From positions 35,631 to 99,630 of the IMG/VR virus record IMGVR_UViG_3300023278_003531: a stretch of DNA of 64,000 bases. The stretch is one strand, 5' to 3'. Positions 1 through 10,159 of the stretch are shown here, one piece after another; the stretch's first letter is position 1; each line of letters opens with the position of its first letter. The position numbers were made by a program, and so were the translations under genes. The notes beneath the pieces were generated by a model. That model was given only the letters and a program-made list of their open reading frames with translations. It was not told where the DNA came from and did not search any database. The DNA is from a virus.

Positions 1-742
1 TCTCAGAGTTCTCTGTAGATTTGAAAACAACACCCTCTCCGGGCGTTACAAGTCCTGTACGTGGTTCCAAATAGAAAGAAGGCGCATCCGACCACCCCGC
101 AACAACAACCGTGCCTACGGGGAAGAAAGAACCACCTTCTGGATTTGTATCTGGATTCCCCACATCGTCTGGGAAAACATCATTTTTAATACGGATACCT
201 TTCACGGTCGTGACTTTACCGTCCGCATCTGTTAGTTCGATTGTATCAGGCCCGTCAATAATTGTAGTAAGGAGAAATTGGGTAGAGGATCCATTACCCT
301 CACTCCACCTGCAACACTTAGCAATCTCGGCCTGGATGTTACGAATTATTATATGGAAAGGTAGCTGCGTCTGATCTATACCCGTCACAGCCAGCCCACC
401 AGCTCGAATTTGGGGAGACCTCAGATCCTCATCAGAGAAGCCCTTAGAGAACTCTCGAAAAAAGTCCATAGGCGGAGAATGACTGATCCCCATGCGCGCG
501 CCTTCCCCATACCTATACTTAGTACAGGGCAGACATTTCCCCTCCCCATTACATCTACCGTCGTTAAAACAACTAATATCCAACGGGCTGAAATAATGAT
601 TAGCAATACACCTACCAGAGGTATCCTGAGAAATCAAAGGGGTGAAACTTTCATCTGGATTAGTTTCCTGTGTAGTGCTCCAATAAGCACAAACGGGTAT
701 CTTTTCACCATCATAAGATGTACCGGTCAAAAATTTAACCAC
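1..742 (-). CDS. Cys-rich putative virion/tail-tip protein, 3' end runs off the window (missed by the ORF track)
   Basis: GTG at 740-742 preceded by AAGGAGAAGG. The frame is open to base 1: VVKFLTGTSYDGEKIPVCAYW...CIANH...SCFNDGRCNGEGKCLPCTKY...KCCRW. Confidence 0.75.
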   Translation of the reverse strand, partial: MVKFLTGTSYDGEKIPVCAYWSTTQETNPDESFTPLISQDTSGRCIANHYFSPLDISCFNDGRCNGEGKCLPCTKYRYGEGARMGISHSPPMDFFREFSKGFSDEDLRSPQIRAGGLAVTGIDQTQLPFHIIIRNIQAEIAKCCRWSEGNGSSTQFLLTTIIDGPDTIELTDADGKVTTVKGIRIKNDVFPDDVGNPDTNPEGGSFFPVGTVVVAGWSDAPSFYLEPRTGLVTPGEGVVFKSTENSE

Positions 743-762
743 CTGTCACCTTCTCCTTTTCC

Positions 763-1110
763 TTAGTTAAACGGTTCTAGGTCATAGTTCATTTGGCCTG
801 TAGCCTCATCGACACGTATAATAACCTTACACTTCTCCTCCATATCATAATATCCAATGGTACGGGAGTGAATCCCTTGCGAGGTCCCTCCCGTACTAAC
901 ATCCACATATCCTTTTTTCTTTGGTACGATGTAGTGCTCTTTGTCGCAAAGATCCCAGATACGATCTTCCCATTTCAAAATCATCCGTTGGATGTTCTTC
1001 TTCTTGGGAACTTTTATCCACTGCATCTGGTCTTCGGTTATCACAGTGCCGTCATGAAACTGGACTATCCATCCACGCTTCATACGGACATCAACATCCC
1101 CGACCCTCAT
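763..1110 (-). CDS. hypothetical protein (115 aa)
   Basis: AGGAG RBS, co-oriented and tightly packed; no recognised motif. Confidence 0.7.
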   Translation of the reverse strand: MRVGDVDVRMKRGWIVQFHDGTVITEDQMQWIKVPKKKNIQRMILKWEDRIWDLCDKEHYIVPKKKGYVDVSTGGTSQGIHSRTIGYYDMEEKCKVIIRVDEATGQMNYDLEPFN

Positions 1111-1120
1111 AATATAACTC

Positions 1121-1489
1121 CTAATACTTTGATTTTAACATACCACACAGGCGCCTATGTAATTTCCGGGACGACTCAAAGGATGTATCGGTATGTTTAT
1201 ATTCTGGATCATATCTGATCTGCTCACTCAAACCCTTCAGCCGTTTATAGTCAGGAATAAATTTTGAACACTTACTCCTATATCCAAGCTCCGGACAATT
1301 ACTTAATGATTCTCGCCGGGCATCGTGGTTCCCGGAACGAGGCAATCCTTTATGTTCCACCAGATAACCCTCTAACAAAAGAACAACTGATTGATAAAAC
1401 CAAAAAATAGCTTCGTCTTTGTCGCCCCTGACTATAGCACGGTTTGCTTTTTCTTCATGTACCACAGAACGTTCTTTGTAAATACTCAC
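1121..1489 (-). CDS. HEPN-like protein
   Basis: 122 aa, predicted all-helical: A-x-F-x-x-Y-Q-x-V helix, RSGNH (R..H) motif and a C-terminal IRYDP motif typical of HEPN domains. Lies directly downstream of an MNT-like gene. Confidence 0.55.
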   Translation of the reverse strand: MSIYKERSVVHEEKANRAIVRGDKDEAIFWFYQSVVLLLEGYLVEHKGLPRSGNHDARRESLSNCPELGYRSKCSKFIPDYKRLKGLSEQIRYDPEYKHTDTSFESSRKLHRRLCGMLKSKY

Positions 1490-1501
1490 AAAAATTCCCC
1501 A

Positions 1502-1819
1502 CTATCGCACAAAATAACTGTTAAAATAATCTGCTGGAGACTCGCTATAATCTCTGCCCTGGTGCGCCCATGACACGACACAACCTTTAGGATATTTCTG
1601 GCGAATACTATATTCAAATTCTTCTAACTGCTCGTACGCTTCCTCTGTGTGTTCTTGAATCCACACAAACAAATCTAATCTGTCCCCGCTCCCTACTTTA
1701 CCAAAAACCGCATCAATACAATACAAGCGCTTTACCAAATCTTTGATAGATTCGCGCAGACCTCCAGTGTCCTCTCTTTGCATAGACATGGCACCTCCCG
1801 ACCTCTCCATTTGTTCCAT
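1502..1819 (-). CDS. minimal nucleotidyltransferase (MNT)-like protein, degenerate motif
   Basis: About 95-105 aa with IDAVFGKVGSGDRLDLFVWI, resembling the FGS...DxD MNT signature. GGAGG precedes the ATG at 1789/1783, so the true start is probably there. Confidence 0.45.
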   Translation of the reverse strand: MEQMERSGGAMSMQREDTGGLRESIKDLVKRLYCIDAVFGKVGSGDRLDLFVWIQEHTEEAYEQLEEFEYSIRQKYPKGCVVSWAHQGRDYSESPADYFNSYFVR

Positions 1820-1833
1820 CTCTTTGATCCTTT

Positions 1834-2610
1834 CTATCCTATTATAACCTTACCAGATGTGTCTATAATACCCAATCGTATTAGATCATCGCGGTAAAGA
1901 ACTATCAAATTATCTATCTGTGCTTTTATTGAATTAAGTTTGGACCTACCTTCCTCATCACAGAATCCTTTAATCTCCACAAGACAGGGGATCTTGGATA
2001 GGAACCCCTGGGGTAGATAAAAATCTGAGACATAGGTTCTGGTTTTACCATTGTGTATGTATTTAAATCTATACTTCTCATACTCCCAAACAATTCCTAG
2101 GGAATCTAAATAAACCGCAAAACCATATTCCCATTTGGAACGGAAAACCTCACCTTTATAATCCACCCTTGTTCCGTAGGGATTGCGGCTGGAAACAGAT
2201 AGGTTCTTTTTACCGTTGAAAACCACATCCGACATGAGATTTTTTGTTTCTTCCGAATGACCTACACCGTAAATAGGATTCAATTCTTTGATCCGAGCTT
2301 CGGATTTAGTACGTAAAGGTATGCCAAACTCTCTCATCTTCTTGGTCACTGTGTTTTTATGCGCCCCTAGTATTTTACCAATCTCCACAGGGTGCATCTT
2401 CTTATCCCAGTACATTTCTTTGAGTACGTGTTTATCAATATGAACCTCTTTGCGGGCATTACAGCCCCGCATTTTGACTCCTGCGGACGCTAGTCGCGTC
2501 TGTACGAGACTTACTGAGCACCCCAGCTGCTCTGCTACCTCTTTTCCAAGAAGGCCGCCCTCATACAATCCTATGATATCTTCTGTATTGATATCTTTTC
2601 TTTGAACCAT
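1834..2610 (-). CDS. HTH-repeat + PD-(D/E)xK endonuclease (homing-endonuclease-like)
   Basis: Two N-terminal HTH units (EVAEQLGCSVSLV; EIGKILGAHKNTV). C-terminal FRSKWE...YEKYRF...YVSDFYLP...VEIKGF. Confidence 0.75.
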   Translation of the reverse strand: MVQRKDINTEDIIGLYEGGLLGKEVAEQLGCSVSLVQTRLASAGVKMRGCNARKEVHIDKHVLKEMYWDKKMHPVEIGKILGAHKNTVTKKMREFGIPLRTKSEARIKELNPIYGVGHSEETKNLMSDVVFNGKKNLSVSSRNPYGTRVDYKGEVFRSKWEYGFAVYLDSLGIVWEYEKYRFKYIHNGKTRTYVSDFYLPQGFLSKIPCLVEIKGFCDEEGRSKLNSIKAQIDNLIVLYRDDLIRLGIIDTSGKVIIG

Positions 2611-2652
2611 CTAACCCCTCCTCCAAAGAATCTTCCGATCCTCCGTTGAAGA

Positions 2653-2681
2653 ATAATAGGATATCAAATAGAGTTTGTCAA
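2653..2681 (-). promoter_or_regulatory. sigma70-type promoter TTGACA-17-TATTAT
   Basis: Minus strand TTGACA (2681-2676), 17-nt spacer, TATTAT (2658-2653), intergenic and upstream of 1834..2610. Confidence 0.8.
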
Positions 2682-2719
2682 GTATAGAATGTTCTAAATA
2701 CTCTAAGTAGTTGATTTAT

Positions 2720-4354
2720 CTAAGAAAAGTCAAAGAACATTCTGTAATTTATAGTGCTATTAGCACCTGTCTCATCCGCTCCCAATCTAATACCCAACCA
2801 GATAATATCGCTCACCAAAGCACCTTGGTAATTACCAATTGCTTCAGCATTATCAGCGGAACTCACCACTGCAAGATCTGCCTTAGTGGCAAACAAATTG
2901 TTCGGAGAAGTATCACTATCAATATCTGTTGCTAGAATGTTTCCGAGGCCATCCCCATCAACAGAGAACTCTACCTGGTCGTTGGCAGTGGCACCAGAAC
3001 CTGCTGCGGAATTACCAGCACCTGCATTTCCGAAATAGAACTGAGTGTCGTTATTTCCCTGATCGTGATGTTGGAAAGTACCGTCACTCTGGAGACTGAA
3101 CTTAACAGTAGACATGGAGACTGCTCCACCTATAATCTCAAACCAAACAGCATTTACAGGGCTGTTGGTAGATACGGTAACATTACCGAAGTTCAACTGA
3201 GTGACCGGTTCGGTAAGGGGCTGAGGACCTCGACAAATCACCGAGATCATCTCTCCCGCTGCGTGAGTACCAGTAGCTTCGAAGCCCATGGTAACTCCCC
3301 GAGTACCAACCTGATTAGGAACAACATCAGTAGTCTTAGCGGCGATACCCTTGGCTTTGGAGGAGTCCCCTAACCACGAATCCCAAATATACTTAGAGGA
3401 TCCCGGAGAAGTACTTGCAATCGCGGCTCCCGAAGCAACAACATCGTACGAATCGCTACTTCCAAATACTGCGTCTGCCCATTTAACACGGGCTCCTAGA
3501 AGTCCCAAATCATACCAAGAATCTGCATATAGAAGCTCCACCGGCCCGCCATTGTCTGACACGGGGCTGGCAGTCCAACTCATCTGGGGAACATTCAAAG
3601 AACCCGCTCCCATAGAAGAACCATTAGTAGTGTCGATTGTGATTGTATAGGTAGTATCGGTTTGGCTAGTATGGTGATAAAGACCACCTGTTGTAAGATT
3701 ACTTACATTGTAAGTTGGAGAACCAACGGCGGTAGCGTCCATGATCACTTCATTATCAGAAAGTTCTAAGGTGTAGTAATCATCAAATTGGCCACCATAA
3801 GATCCCGAAACTGTGGAATCTCCGGTAAAAGAACTGGCTGCGAAAAGGGTTGCGAAATCCGCGCCGGCGGAATCGGTAGGAGCATCAAATCCCAAAGTGG
3901 CTCGTGCATCTCTGGAACCTAATGGAGTAAATACAGGCTCGTTGCTACCTGAATTACTTCCCAACTTACCTGTGTATATGATGAAATTATTGGTAGTGTT
4001 GGTACCTACAGGAACAAGTCCTTGACTACCATTTCGCCAATTACATTGGGCGAACTTCCAACTGTCATTAGACGGCTGGGCCTCATGGAGACGAAATTCA
4101 ATATCCCTCGCTACAAAACGAGGATCTAAATCAACTCCTGAGGTAAGAGTGATGGTGGAAGTACTACCTCCATTTATAGCGATCTGCAACTGATCATTGG
4201 AGTTGGTGGTGATTGTAAACGTATCAACACCCGCACCGAGATTGGAACCACGACTAAAACCTCGGGATCCCTTAGACGCTTCGTCATCAGAAGTACCTGT
4301 GGCGAATGTCTGTGCAGTCACTGAAAATTCTACGAATCTGCTTACAGCAACCAT
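2720..4354 (-). CDS. tail-associated structural protein (544 aa, G/S/T-rich, beta-rich)
   Basis: AAGGAGG RBS. The segment QLQIAINGG..TITLTSGVDLDPRFVARDIEFRL resembles one in 14811..15767. Confidence 0.7.
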   Translation of the reverse strand: MVAVSRFVEFSVTAQTFATGTSDDEASKGSRGFSRGSNLGAGVDTFTITTNSNDQLQIAINGGSTSTITLTSGVDLDPRFVARDIEFRLHEAQPSNDSWKFAQCNWRNGSQGLVPVGTNTTNNFIIYTGKLGSNSGSNEPVFTPLGSRDARATLGFDAPTDSAGADFATLFAASSFTGDSTVSGSYGGQFDDYYTLELSDNEVIMDATAVGSPTYNVSNLTTGGLYHHTSQTDTTYTITIDTTNGSSMGAGSLNVPQMSWTASPVSDNGGPVELLYADSWYDLGLLGARVKWADAVFGSSDSYDVVASGAAIASTSPGSSKYIWDSWLGDSSKAKGIAAKTTDVVPNQVGTRGVTMGFEATGTHAAGEMISVICRGPQPLTEPVTQLNFGNVTVSTNSPVNAVWFEIIGGAVSMSTVKFSLQSDGTFQHHDQGNNDTQFYFGNAGAGNSAAGSGATANDQVEFSVDGDGLGNILATDIDSDTSPNNLFATKADLAVVSSADNAEAIGNYQGALVSDIIWLGIRLGADETGANSTINYRMFFDFS

Positions 4355-4374
4355 ATTGGCTGACCTCCTTAAAT

Positions 4375-7300
4375 TTACTTATCTTGTATGATAAATGTAT
4401 GTGTAAAGCTGAGTCTATTACCTTCATTGTCGAAGACTTCAACTTCTATGTCTATAGTCTTGCCGTACTCAAAGTGTGTGCTCTGTGGATCTAGACTTGC
4501 GGGGAGATCCGCAATCTGGATATTGGATATGATAGATGCACCGAGATCCACATGTTGTAGACTCTCGGTGAGGAAATCATAGAATAAACTTGCCTCATTG
4601 AACTTCTTTCCGAAGTTCTTAACTTCAGACAAAACCTGAATGTTTGAGATGAATGGGAACACTTCCTCCGCGCCAGATCCCGTTCCTGTTGATCTGTTAG
4701 GCCAATCAACATCGTATCCTGCGTGTAGTAAGAAAGTCTGTTCCTTGATTACGGGGAATGGGCCTGGGAAATTATTCTCCGCATGAACAAATACAGAAAC
4801 ATCGAGGCGGTCCGTCATGACATTTTCGGAGGGGACGCTGTAAATCACCCTGTCTGGACCTAAACCGCTCGTAGTAATAACTAATCCTGAGGGAACTACC
4901 CCATCAACCAAGAAATCAGTACCACTAGTACTAACTCCATAAACAAGATCTTCAACGGCGACGGAAATTTCAGTACCCGTAGTAACCAAGATAGAAGAGC
5001 CCTGGTCGATAAAGAAATCGGTGATGGAGAGGGTGTCTGCAGGAGTTATTGTAAATTCATAATCTGTGCTTGTGGAATTACCCACGTTATCCGAAGCCTC
5101 TATGGTACCAGTCACCGTCTCGCCGAAAGTGAAAGGAGCGGCTGTGGTATATACGTAATCAAAGCCCCTGCCCGCATTAACTACCTTGCTAAATGAACCC
5201 GCTGTCGCTGCATCATTGACTATCTTCACCGAACCATTGATAAGGAGTCTAACAGAAACTGGATCCACACCCGAGGCATCGTCGGTAAGATTCCAGGACA
5301 GGGTCGTGTCTGGGGAAACCTGCGTGTCCAGATCCTCAGGATAAACAAGAGACAAGACCGGGGGATCGCCGTCGGCGGCTCCAGATATAGTAGCACTCAA
5401 AACACCCGATCCCAGGACGGAAAACTGGTATGTAGTAATGGACTGATTACTTACAGGGTCTGCAAGATCGGTCAGCTCACCACTAACCGTGACAATGGAC
5501 TGCTGGGGATAATCCTCATTACGTGTAAAGTCATATTGAATATCCCGTGGAGAAATAACAGTCCTATCACCTGAAGGCCACGTGGTACTAGTCTGCACCG
5601 TACTTGCATTTACTATCTGGACATCATCCACCCAAACATCTACATTGGATGTATCCAGACTAGAGTGCGTATCCTTGACATGGAAACTGAGAACGCCATC
5701 AGGAACATTATAGGTAGTTCCGGACACAGGCGCTGTCTCGTCAAAGAAAGGCGGAGTCTGGTCAATAGAATTCACTTCATCGAAATTAGTAATCGTGAAT
5801 GGAATTCCACTGGTTACTGGAGCATTAGTATTGACATGTGCAAAACTACTGGTCTGTAGTAAATGACTTGGGTCAATCGACACAGTAAGCGCAAACGCAT
5901 CCACGACTGACGTAACGTCAAGGAAGTCCGAAGAAACTATGTGCCAAATATCTACATTGTTGAATGTAAAAAAAGAATTCTCCGTATCCTGCTTCAGGTC
6001 ACGGGTGTATGCGGTTATTACATCTGCCGTACTACTAAGTCCTATACTCGCGGCAGGCCCCAGTGTTGTAAATCCTGAAGGATCTACAGGAGCACCTCCC
6101 GATCCATTATAGGTATATTGTAGATGATAAACATCTTCCCCATCATTACTGAAAACTAGGTTAGTGGAGTATTGCCTATCCCCCGAAAGGAAACTTGGCA
6201 TATGGTGCCAAAAGAACACATCTAGAATTGTAGATTCATAGTTTTGGGGCAAGACCACAGTCTGTCTAATATATTGCGATACGGTATCATCTGTATCAGG
6301 AGCAGCAACGTATGCAAAATAACTTCCCTCTTGGGGAAGTATCCCATCAGGGACAGACGCGAATGGAATATCAGTACTAGTAGTTACCACGTCTGTCAAA
6401 GTACCTGTACTTACTACCCACCCAGTAAAGTCACCAAGCTCAAAGCCTCCATTGATAACCTGATCGGAGGGAGCGAATGTGGCGTCTGCTATCTCCGGCC
6501 CCTTGACAGCGGTCAATGGCGCTGTACGTTCAGTAGATCTCCAATTCTCAAAAGTGCTGAGAAACGCATGACTGGATAGGTAGAAGGGTGTTACATCATG
6601 ACGATCCCGTTCGGTATTGGGGTCTAATTCCGTTGGGGTAAAGAAGAAAGGAGACCTGTCAAAATCTCTTTCGTAGGTTTCCAAAGTACCGATAACAGCA
6701 GAGAAGTTTCTTGAGCGCTGCTGCGACACAGTACTAATTGCATGTAGTGGTTCAGAGATACTTGTGGGAAACAACTCTAGTTGAGGCTGCCCGGTAGTAA
6801 TAACAAACCAATCCCAAAGAGTGTCGAATGTGGTCGGGAAGAGGGTATCTTCCATATCTGTAACTATCCACAACCTAATCTGGGTATATGAAAATGTAGA
6901 TGCAACATCGGTAAGGAGAAGCCTAGTAAAGGTTTGGAACTCGTCCGCACCGATCTGGGTAAGCCCAACTACCTTGTTGATGGTGGGAAATCCTGGCGGT
7001 CGTTTGGGAAGCTCACCCTCTGTAAAGTTATAGGCTATGGTATAAAAAGTAAGACCCGTATTGATAAACTCCACGGCCACCATGCCGTGCCTAGCTGCGG
7101 GACTACCAAAAAATGCAAAAGCGCTGTCAGATGCCACTGAAAACTGGAGGATGCCTAGTAACGAAGTGTGAGAAAACTCTTCAATGGTCTGAGACAGAGC
7201 TAGTGTTCCCGTCTCCCCATCCTTAAACATATGGAGCATGCGCTCACCATTAGGAACTGCAAGATCGGCCGGATCGCCATTGTCAAAACCCACCCCTTTG

Positions 7301-7707
7301 GGGAACTCAGAAACAACATTCACACCGTGTCTTTGTCCAGAAACTGTTGCATCTACGTGAAGCGTCCATCGGGAAGAGCCGCTCTCGAAACTCGGGTTCT
7401 GGACAACATTACTATAAACCAAAGGAACAAGTTGATTTTCGGAACCCTCAAGTTTGGCAACAATAATATCACCCTTGTTACCTGCCCCCTGGAACGCATG
7501 GAATGGCTCAGCGGTGGTATTGATATCGCCGGACTGAAGACCATCATTCTCTACAGTAAAACCCGTATAAGGCGTGGTGTGGGTGGCTCCGGTAACTATA
7601 CCCGACTGATTCTGATCGTTGGACGCTACGATACCAGAGCCAGCTACAACCGTTGTAGTCTGTGTTACGACAACTGGGGGAAAATCAAAGCCGGGAATGG
7701 AGGGCAA
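4375..7707 (-). CDS. large adhesin-like virion protein with two CBM-like and several Ig-like domains (1110 aa)
   Basis: NPSFESG and NGGFELGDFTGW (CBM4/9-like starts). Repeats PP-x6-P...D...GVD..S..x.IN/VD of Ig-like type. Confidence 0.65.
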   Translation of the reverse strand: MPSIPGFDFPPVVVTQTTTVVAGSGIVASNDQNQSGIVTGATHTTPYTGFTVENDGLQSGDINTTAEPFHAFQGAGNKGDIIVAKLEGSENQLVPLVYSNVVQNPSFESGSSRWTLHVDATVSGQRHGVNVVSEFPKGVGFDNGDPADLAVPNGERMLHMFKDGETGTLALSQTIEEFSHTSLLGILQFSVASDSAFAFFGSPAARHGMVAVEFINTGLTFYTIAYNFTEGELPKRPPGFPTINKVVGLTQIGADEFQTFTRLLLTDVASTFSYTQIRLWIVTDMEDTLFPTTFDTLWDWFVITTGQPQLELFPTSISEPLHAISTVSQQRSRNFSAVIGTLETYERDFDRSPFFFTPTELDPNTERDRHDVTPFYLSSHAFLSTFENWRSTERTAPLTAVKGPEIADATFAPSDQVINGGFELGDFTGWVVSTGTLTDVVTTSTDIPFASVPDGILPQEGSYFAYVAAPDTDDTVSQYIRQTVVLPQNYESTILDVFFWHHMPSFLSGDRQYSTNLVFSNDGEDVYHLQYTYNGSGGAPVDPSGFTTLGPAASIGLSSTADVITAYTRDLKQDTENSFFTFNNVDIWHIVSSDFLDVTSVVDAFALTVSIDPSHLLQTSSFAHVNTNAPVTSGIPFTITNFDEVNSIDQTPPFFDETAPVSGTTYNVPDGVLSFHVKDTHSSLDTSNVDVWVDDVQIVNASTVQTSTTWPSGDRTVISPRDIQYDFTRNEDYPQQSIVTVSGELTDLADPVSNQSITTYQFSVLGSGVLSATISGAADGDPPVLSLVYPEDLDTQVSPDTTLSWNLTDDASGVDPVSVRLLINGSVKIVNDAATAGSFSKVVNAGRGFDYVYTTAAPFTFGETVTGTIEASDNVGNSTSTDYEFTITPADTLSITDFFIDQGSSILVTTGTEISVAVEDLVYGVSTSGTDFLVDGVVPSGLVITTSGLGPDRVIYSVPSENVMTDRLDVSVFVHAENNFPGPFPVIKEQTFLLHAGYDVDWPNRSTGTGSGAEEVFPFISNIQVLSEVKNFGKKFNEASLFYDFLTESLQHVDLGASIISNIQIADLPASLDPQSTHFEYGKTIDIEVEVFDNEGNRLSFTHTFIIQDK

Positions 7708-7719
7708 GTTAGTCCCTCC

Positions 7720-10146
7720 TTATGTTTCCGTAACCGTGGCGGTGACGGTCGAGACGCCAACAGTGGCACCGACTGTGAATTGTGTGGTTGCGCGTCCTCC
7801 TGATATGGTAGTGTCTGTAGAAGGAGTAACCGCACCGTCTCCTGCAGTAACCTGGAAAGTGACATCCTTTCCATCCAAAGCCTCACCCCAAGCATTAATG
7901 ACGTCCGCATTTACCAGCGTGCTCTGCGCAGTGCCAGCTGGAAGGGTAGTGTCGTCAGCATTCACTGCCATGAACGCAGAGATTCTATCATCAAAATTAA
8001 ATGCTCTAAGATTGGTACCGTTATCGACGTAATACAGAGTATCAAAATCATTCTGGTCGTAGAACGTAGTATATGTGTTGGTCGAGTAATCAGAGATGTC
8101 TAGAAGAATCTCTTTATCGTCCGTCGTATTTAACAAAGTATCGTTATTTATAGTCTTGGTGTGGAGAATATCTAAACCAGATTCATACTCAAGGTAAGTC
8201 AAGAAAGGAGCGCCCCCGATGCTGGAGGTCTTAGTCCACGCAAAACTACTAGTACCGTCCTGAGGTATCTGATCTATTGTCGGAGAAATTACAGAGTTAG
8301 TACCAGATTCCGTAGAAAGAGCTACGTTATTAGCATACTTATAAAGAGTGCTATTGACCTTGATATAAACAAAACCTCCTCCTAATCCAGAGGCAGTGGT
8401 TGCTATCTGTACTCTCCCGTCCAGGAAGTCATTGTAGGTTTTACTCGGATCCCCAATAACATCAAATGACTCAATTAGGGGAACGCCCAGAACATCACCT
8501 TCACCATCTGTCTTCTCAACTGTCAATACAGCGATCTGAGGGAAAGTTTCAGTACCACTTACTACAAAATCATCCGCCTCTAACGTAATGGGACCATCGG
8601 CGTAACCGAAGATCTCTATGTTACACGCGTCTGTTACCACTGTAGGAGGTGAGCCTGGGCCTACCACCCCCTGCAACCCACTCCATGTAGTAGATATTCT
8701 CTCAATACCGATATCACCTACGGCCGGGGGCTCCTTGTGCCCGCTAGCAGTTACCAAATCAAAAGTAAATTGCTCGCCTGAATTAGGAGTAGAGGTAGTA
8801 GCAATTAGAAACTCTATAGGAGTATTAGGATCAACACCCTCATCGTAAAGAACACCGGTCTGTGCGTCTGTCAGAGCGCCTGTTAAAGTTCCAGAAACTT
8901 GCCAAGCAGAACCGGAAAACGCAACAGTAAATGCATCAGTACCTATCTGAGTATTGTGCCACAGAGGACGTCCTTCTCTCAAATCACCAGAAGAACTGTT
9001 ATCCGTCAGATTAGACATATAAGAAGCGAAGTACACGCCTGTGGTGGTGGGTGAAGTTTCTATACCTACCCCCTCACTCATGATTGTATTGTTATCCGAA
9101 TCAAGAGCGCGGATAGCAAACCATCTTTTCTTATTTGTGAGCGAGACAGGATTGACATTAATCTCTGCTCTAAAATCTCCAGCCATTGTATAGGTAGTTT
9201 CTAACTGTCCGTTCCCAACAGATACATTATGTGATATTAATTCAGATCCCTGATCTCTTAGGAACTGAGGGTTTGCTGTACTCTCAACCCAACGTGCGGG
9301 GTTGAAATTATTAGATCCTGCGGCGGAGCCGGCCTCGGCATCAGAGAAATCATCACCCAAATTAGTTTCCGTAGATCCCACATTATCTTCGTTGAATCGG
9401 ATAGTATAAAATCTATCATTGGGAGTATCAAAACATGCGTCTAGAATATTAGACTTTTCAAACTCAAATGCACCAGCGGCTGCACCGTCGGTGTCAAAAA
9501 AGGAAAGAACGGACACAAACGGTTGAAGCTCATCCTCACTATTAGTAATAACCTTGTCCTTCAGTGCCACTTCAGAAACGAATGCGAATGCGGCAGAATC
9601 ATCATGCAGGATTCTCCAGTAGGGCATTCCGTTTCCTGTCGCATTGATGGGGGGTGCGCTGAAATCGAGGAGGTATCGAAACTGATTACCTGCAGGAGTA
9701 GATATGACAGCCTCTCCGACTGTTGAGATAGTTGCTATGAAGTTGGTGGCGACGAATTCTGAATCTAGATTATTCAAACTTGTAGACACATGCCATTTAC
9801 CAGTAGTCGTGTCTATAGCTGCGGTGGAAAATATTATTATCTGGGTAGTGGATACCAATCGGCCGCCAAAATATACAATCATCATATCCGCAGGGGAAAT
9901 CGGACCGATAGTAGTATAAAGACCATCACGCCAACCCGGGACCTCTACTTGAGTATCAGGAGTCGAGGTCGCTGCGCCGAAAACGGCAGTAGCTTGAGGA
10001 TTTTGGAGAACTAGCCTTACAAATTGAGTACCATTATGTAGAGATCGATCGACATCGTCTATACTAGACACCACAGTATCACTGTAGTAACTCTCCATAT
10101 TCTTAGTTGTATCGGTAGAACCTAGCCTACCTTGTTGAACAGTCAC
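7720..10146 (-). CDS. virion protein with C-terminal Big-1 (invasin/intimin-type Ig) domain (808 aa)
   Basis: C-terminus STLVNADVINAWGEALDGKDVTFQVTAGDG...GRATTQFTVG..GVSTVTATV. Confidence 0.7.
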   Translation of the reverse strand: MTVQQGRLGSTDTTKNMESYYSDTVVSSIDDVDRSLHNGTQFVRLVLQNPQATAVFGAATSTPDTQVEVPGWRDGLYTTIGPISPADMMIVYFGGRLVSTTQIIIFSTAAIDTTTGKWHVSTSLNNLDSEFVATNFIATISTVGEAVISTPAGNQFRYLLDFSAPPINATGNGMPYWRILHDDSAAFAFVSEVALKDKVITNSEDELQPFVSVLSFFDTDGAAAGAFEFEKSNILDACFDTPNDRFYTIRFNEDNVGSTETNLGDDFSDAEAGSAAGSNNFNPARWVESTANPQFLRDQGSELISHNVSVGNGQLETTYTMAGDFRAEINVNPVSLTNKKRWFAIRALDSDNNTIMSEGVGIETSPTTTGVYFASYMSNLTDNSSSGDLREGRPLWHNTQIGTDAFTVAFSGSAWQVSGTLTGALTDAQTGVLYDEGVDPNTPIEFLIATTSTPNSGEQFTFDLVTASGHKEPPAVGDIGIERISTTWSGLQGVVGPGSPPTVVTDACNIEIFGYADGPITLEADDFVVSGTETFPQIAVLTVEKTDGEGDVLGVPLIESFDVIGDPSKTYNDFLDGRVQIATTASGLGGGFVYIKVNSTLYKYANNVALSTESGTNSVISPTIDQIPQDGTSSFAWTKTSSIGGAPFLTYLEYESGLDILHTKTINNDTLLNTTDDKEILLDISDYSTNTYTTFYDQNDFDTLYYVDNGTNLRAFNFDDRISAFMAVNADDTTLPAGTAQSTLVNADVINAWGEALDGKDVTFQVTAGDGAVTPSTDTTISGGRATTQFTVGATVGVSTVTATVTET

Positions 10147-10159
10147 AGGGCCTTCCTCC

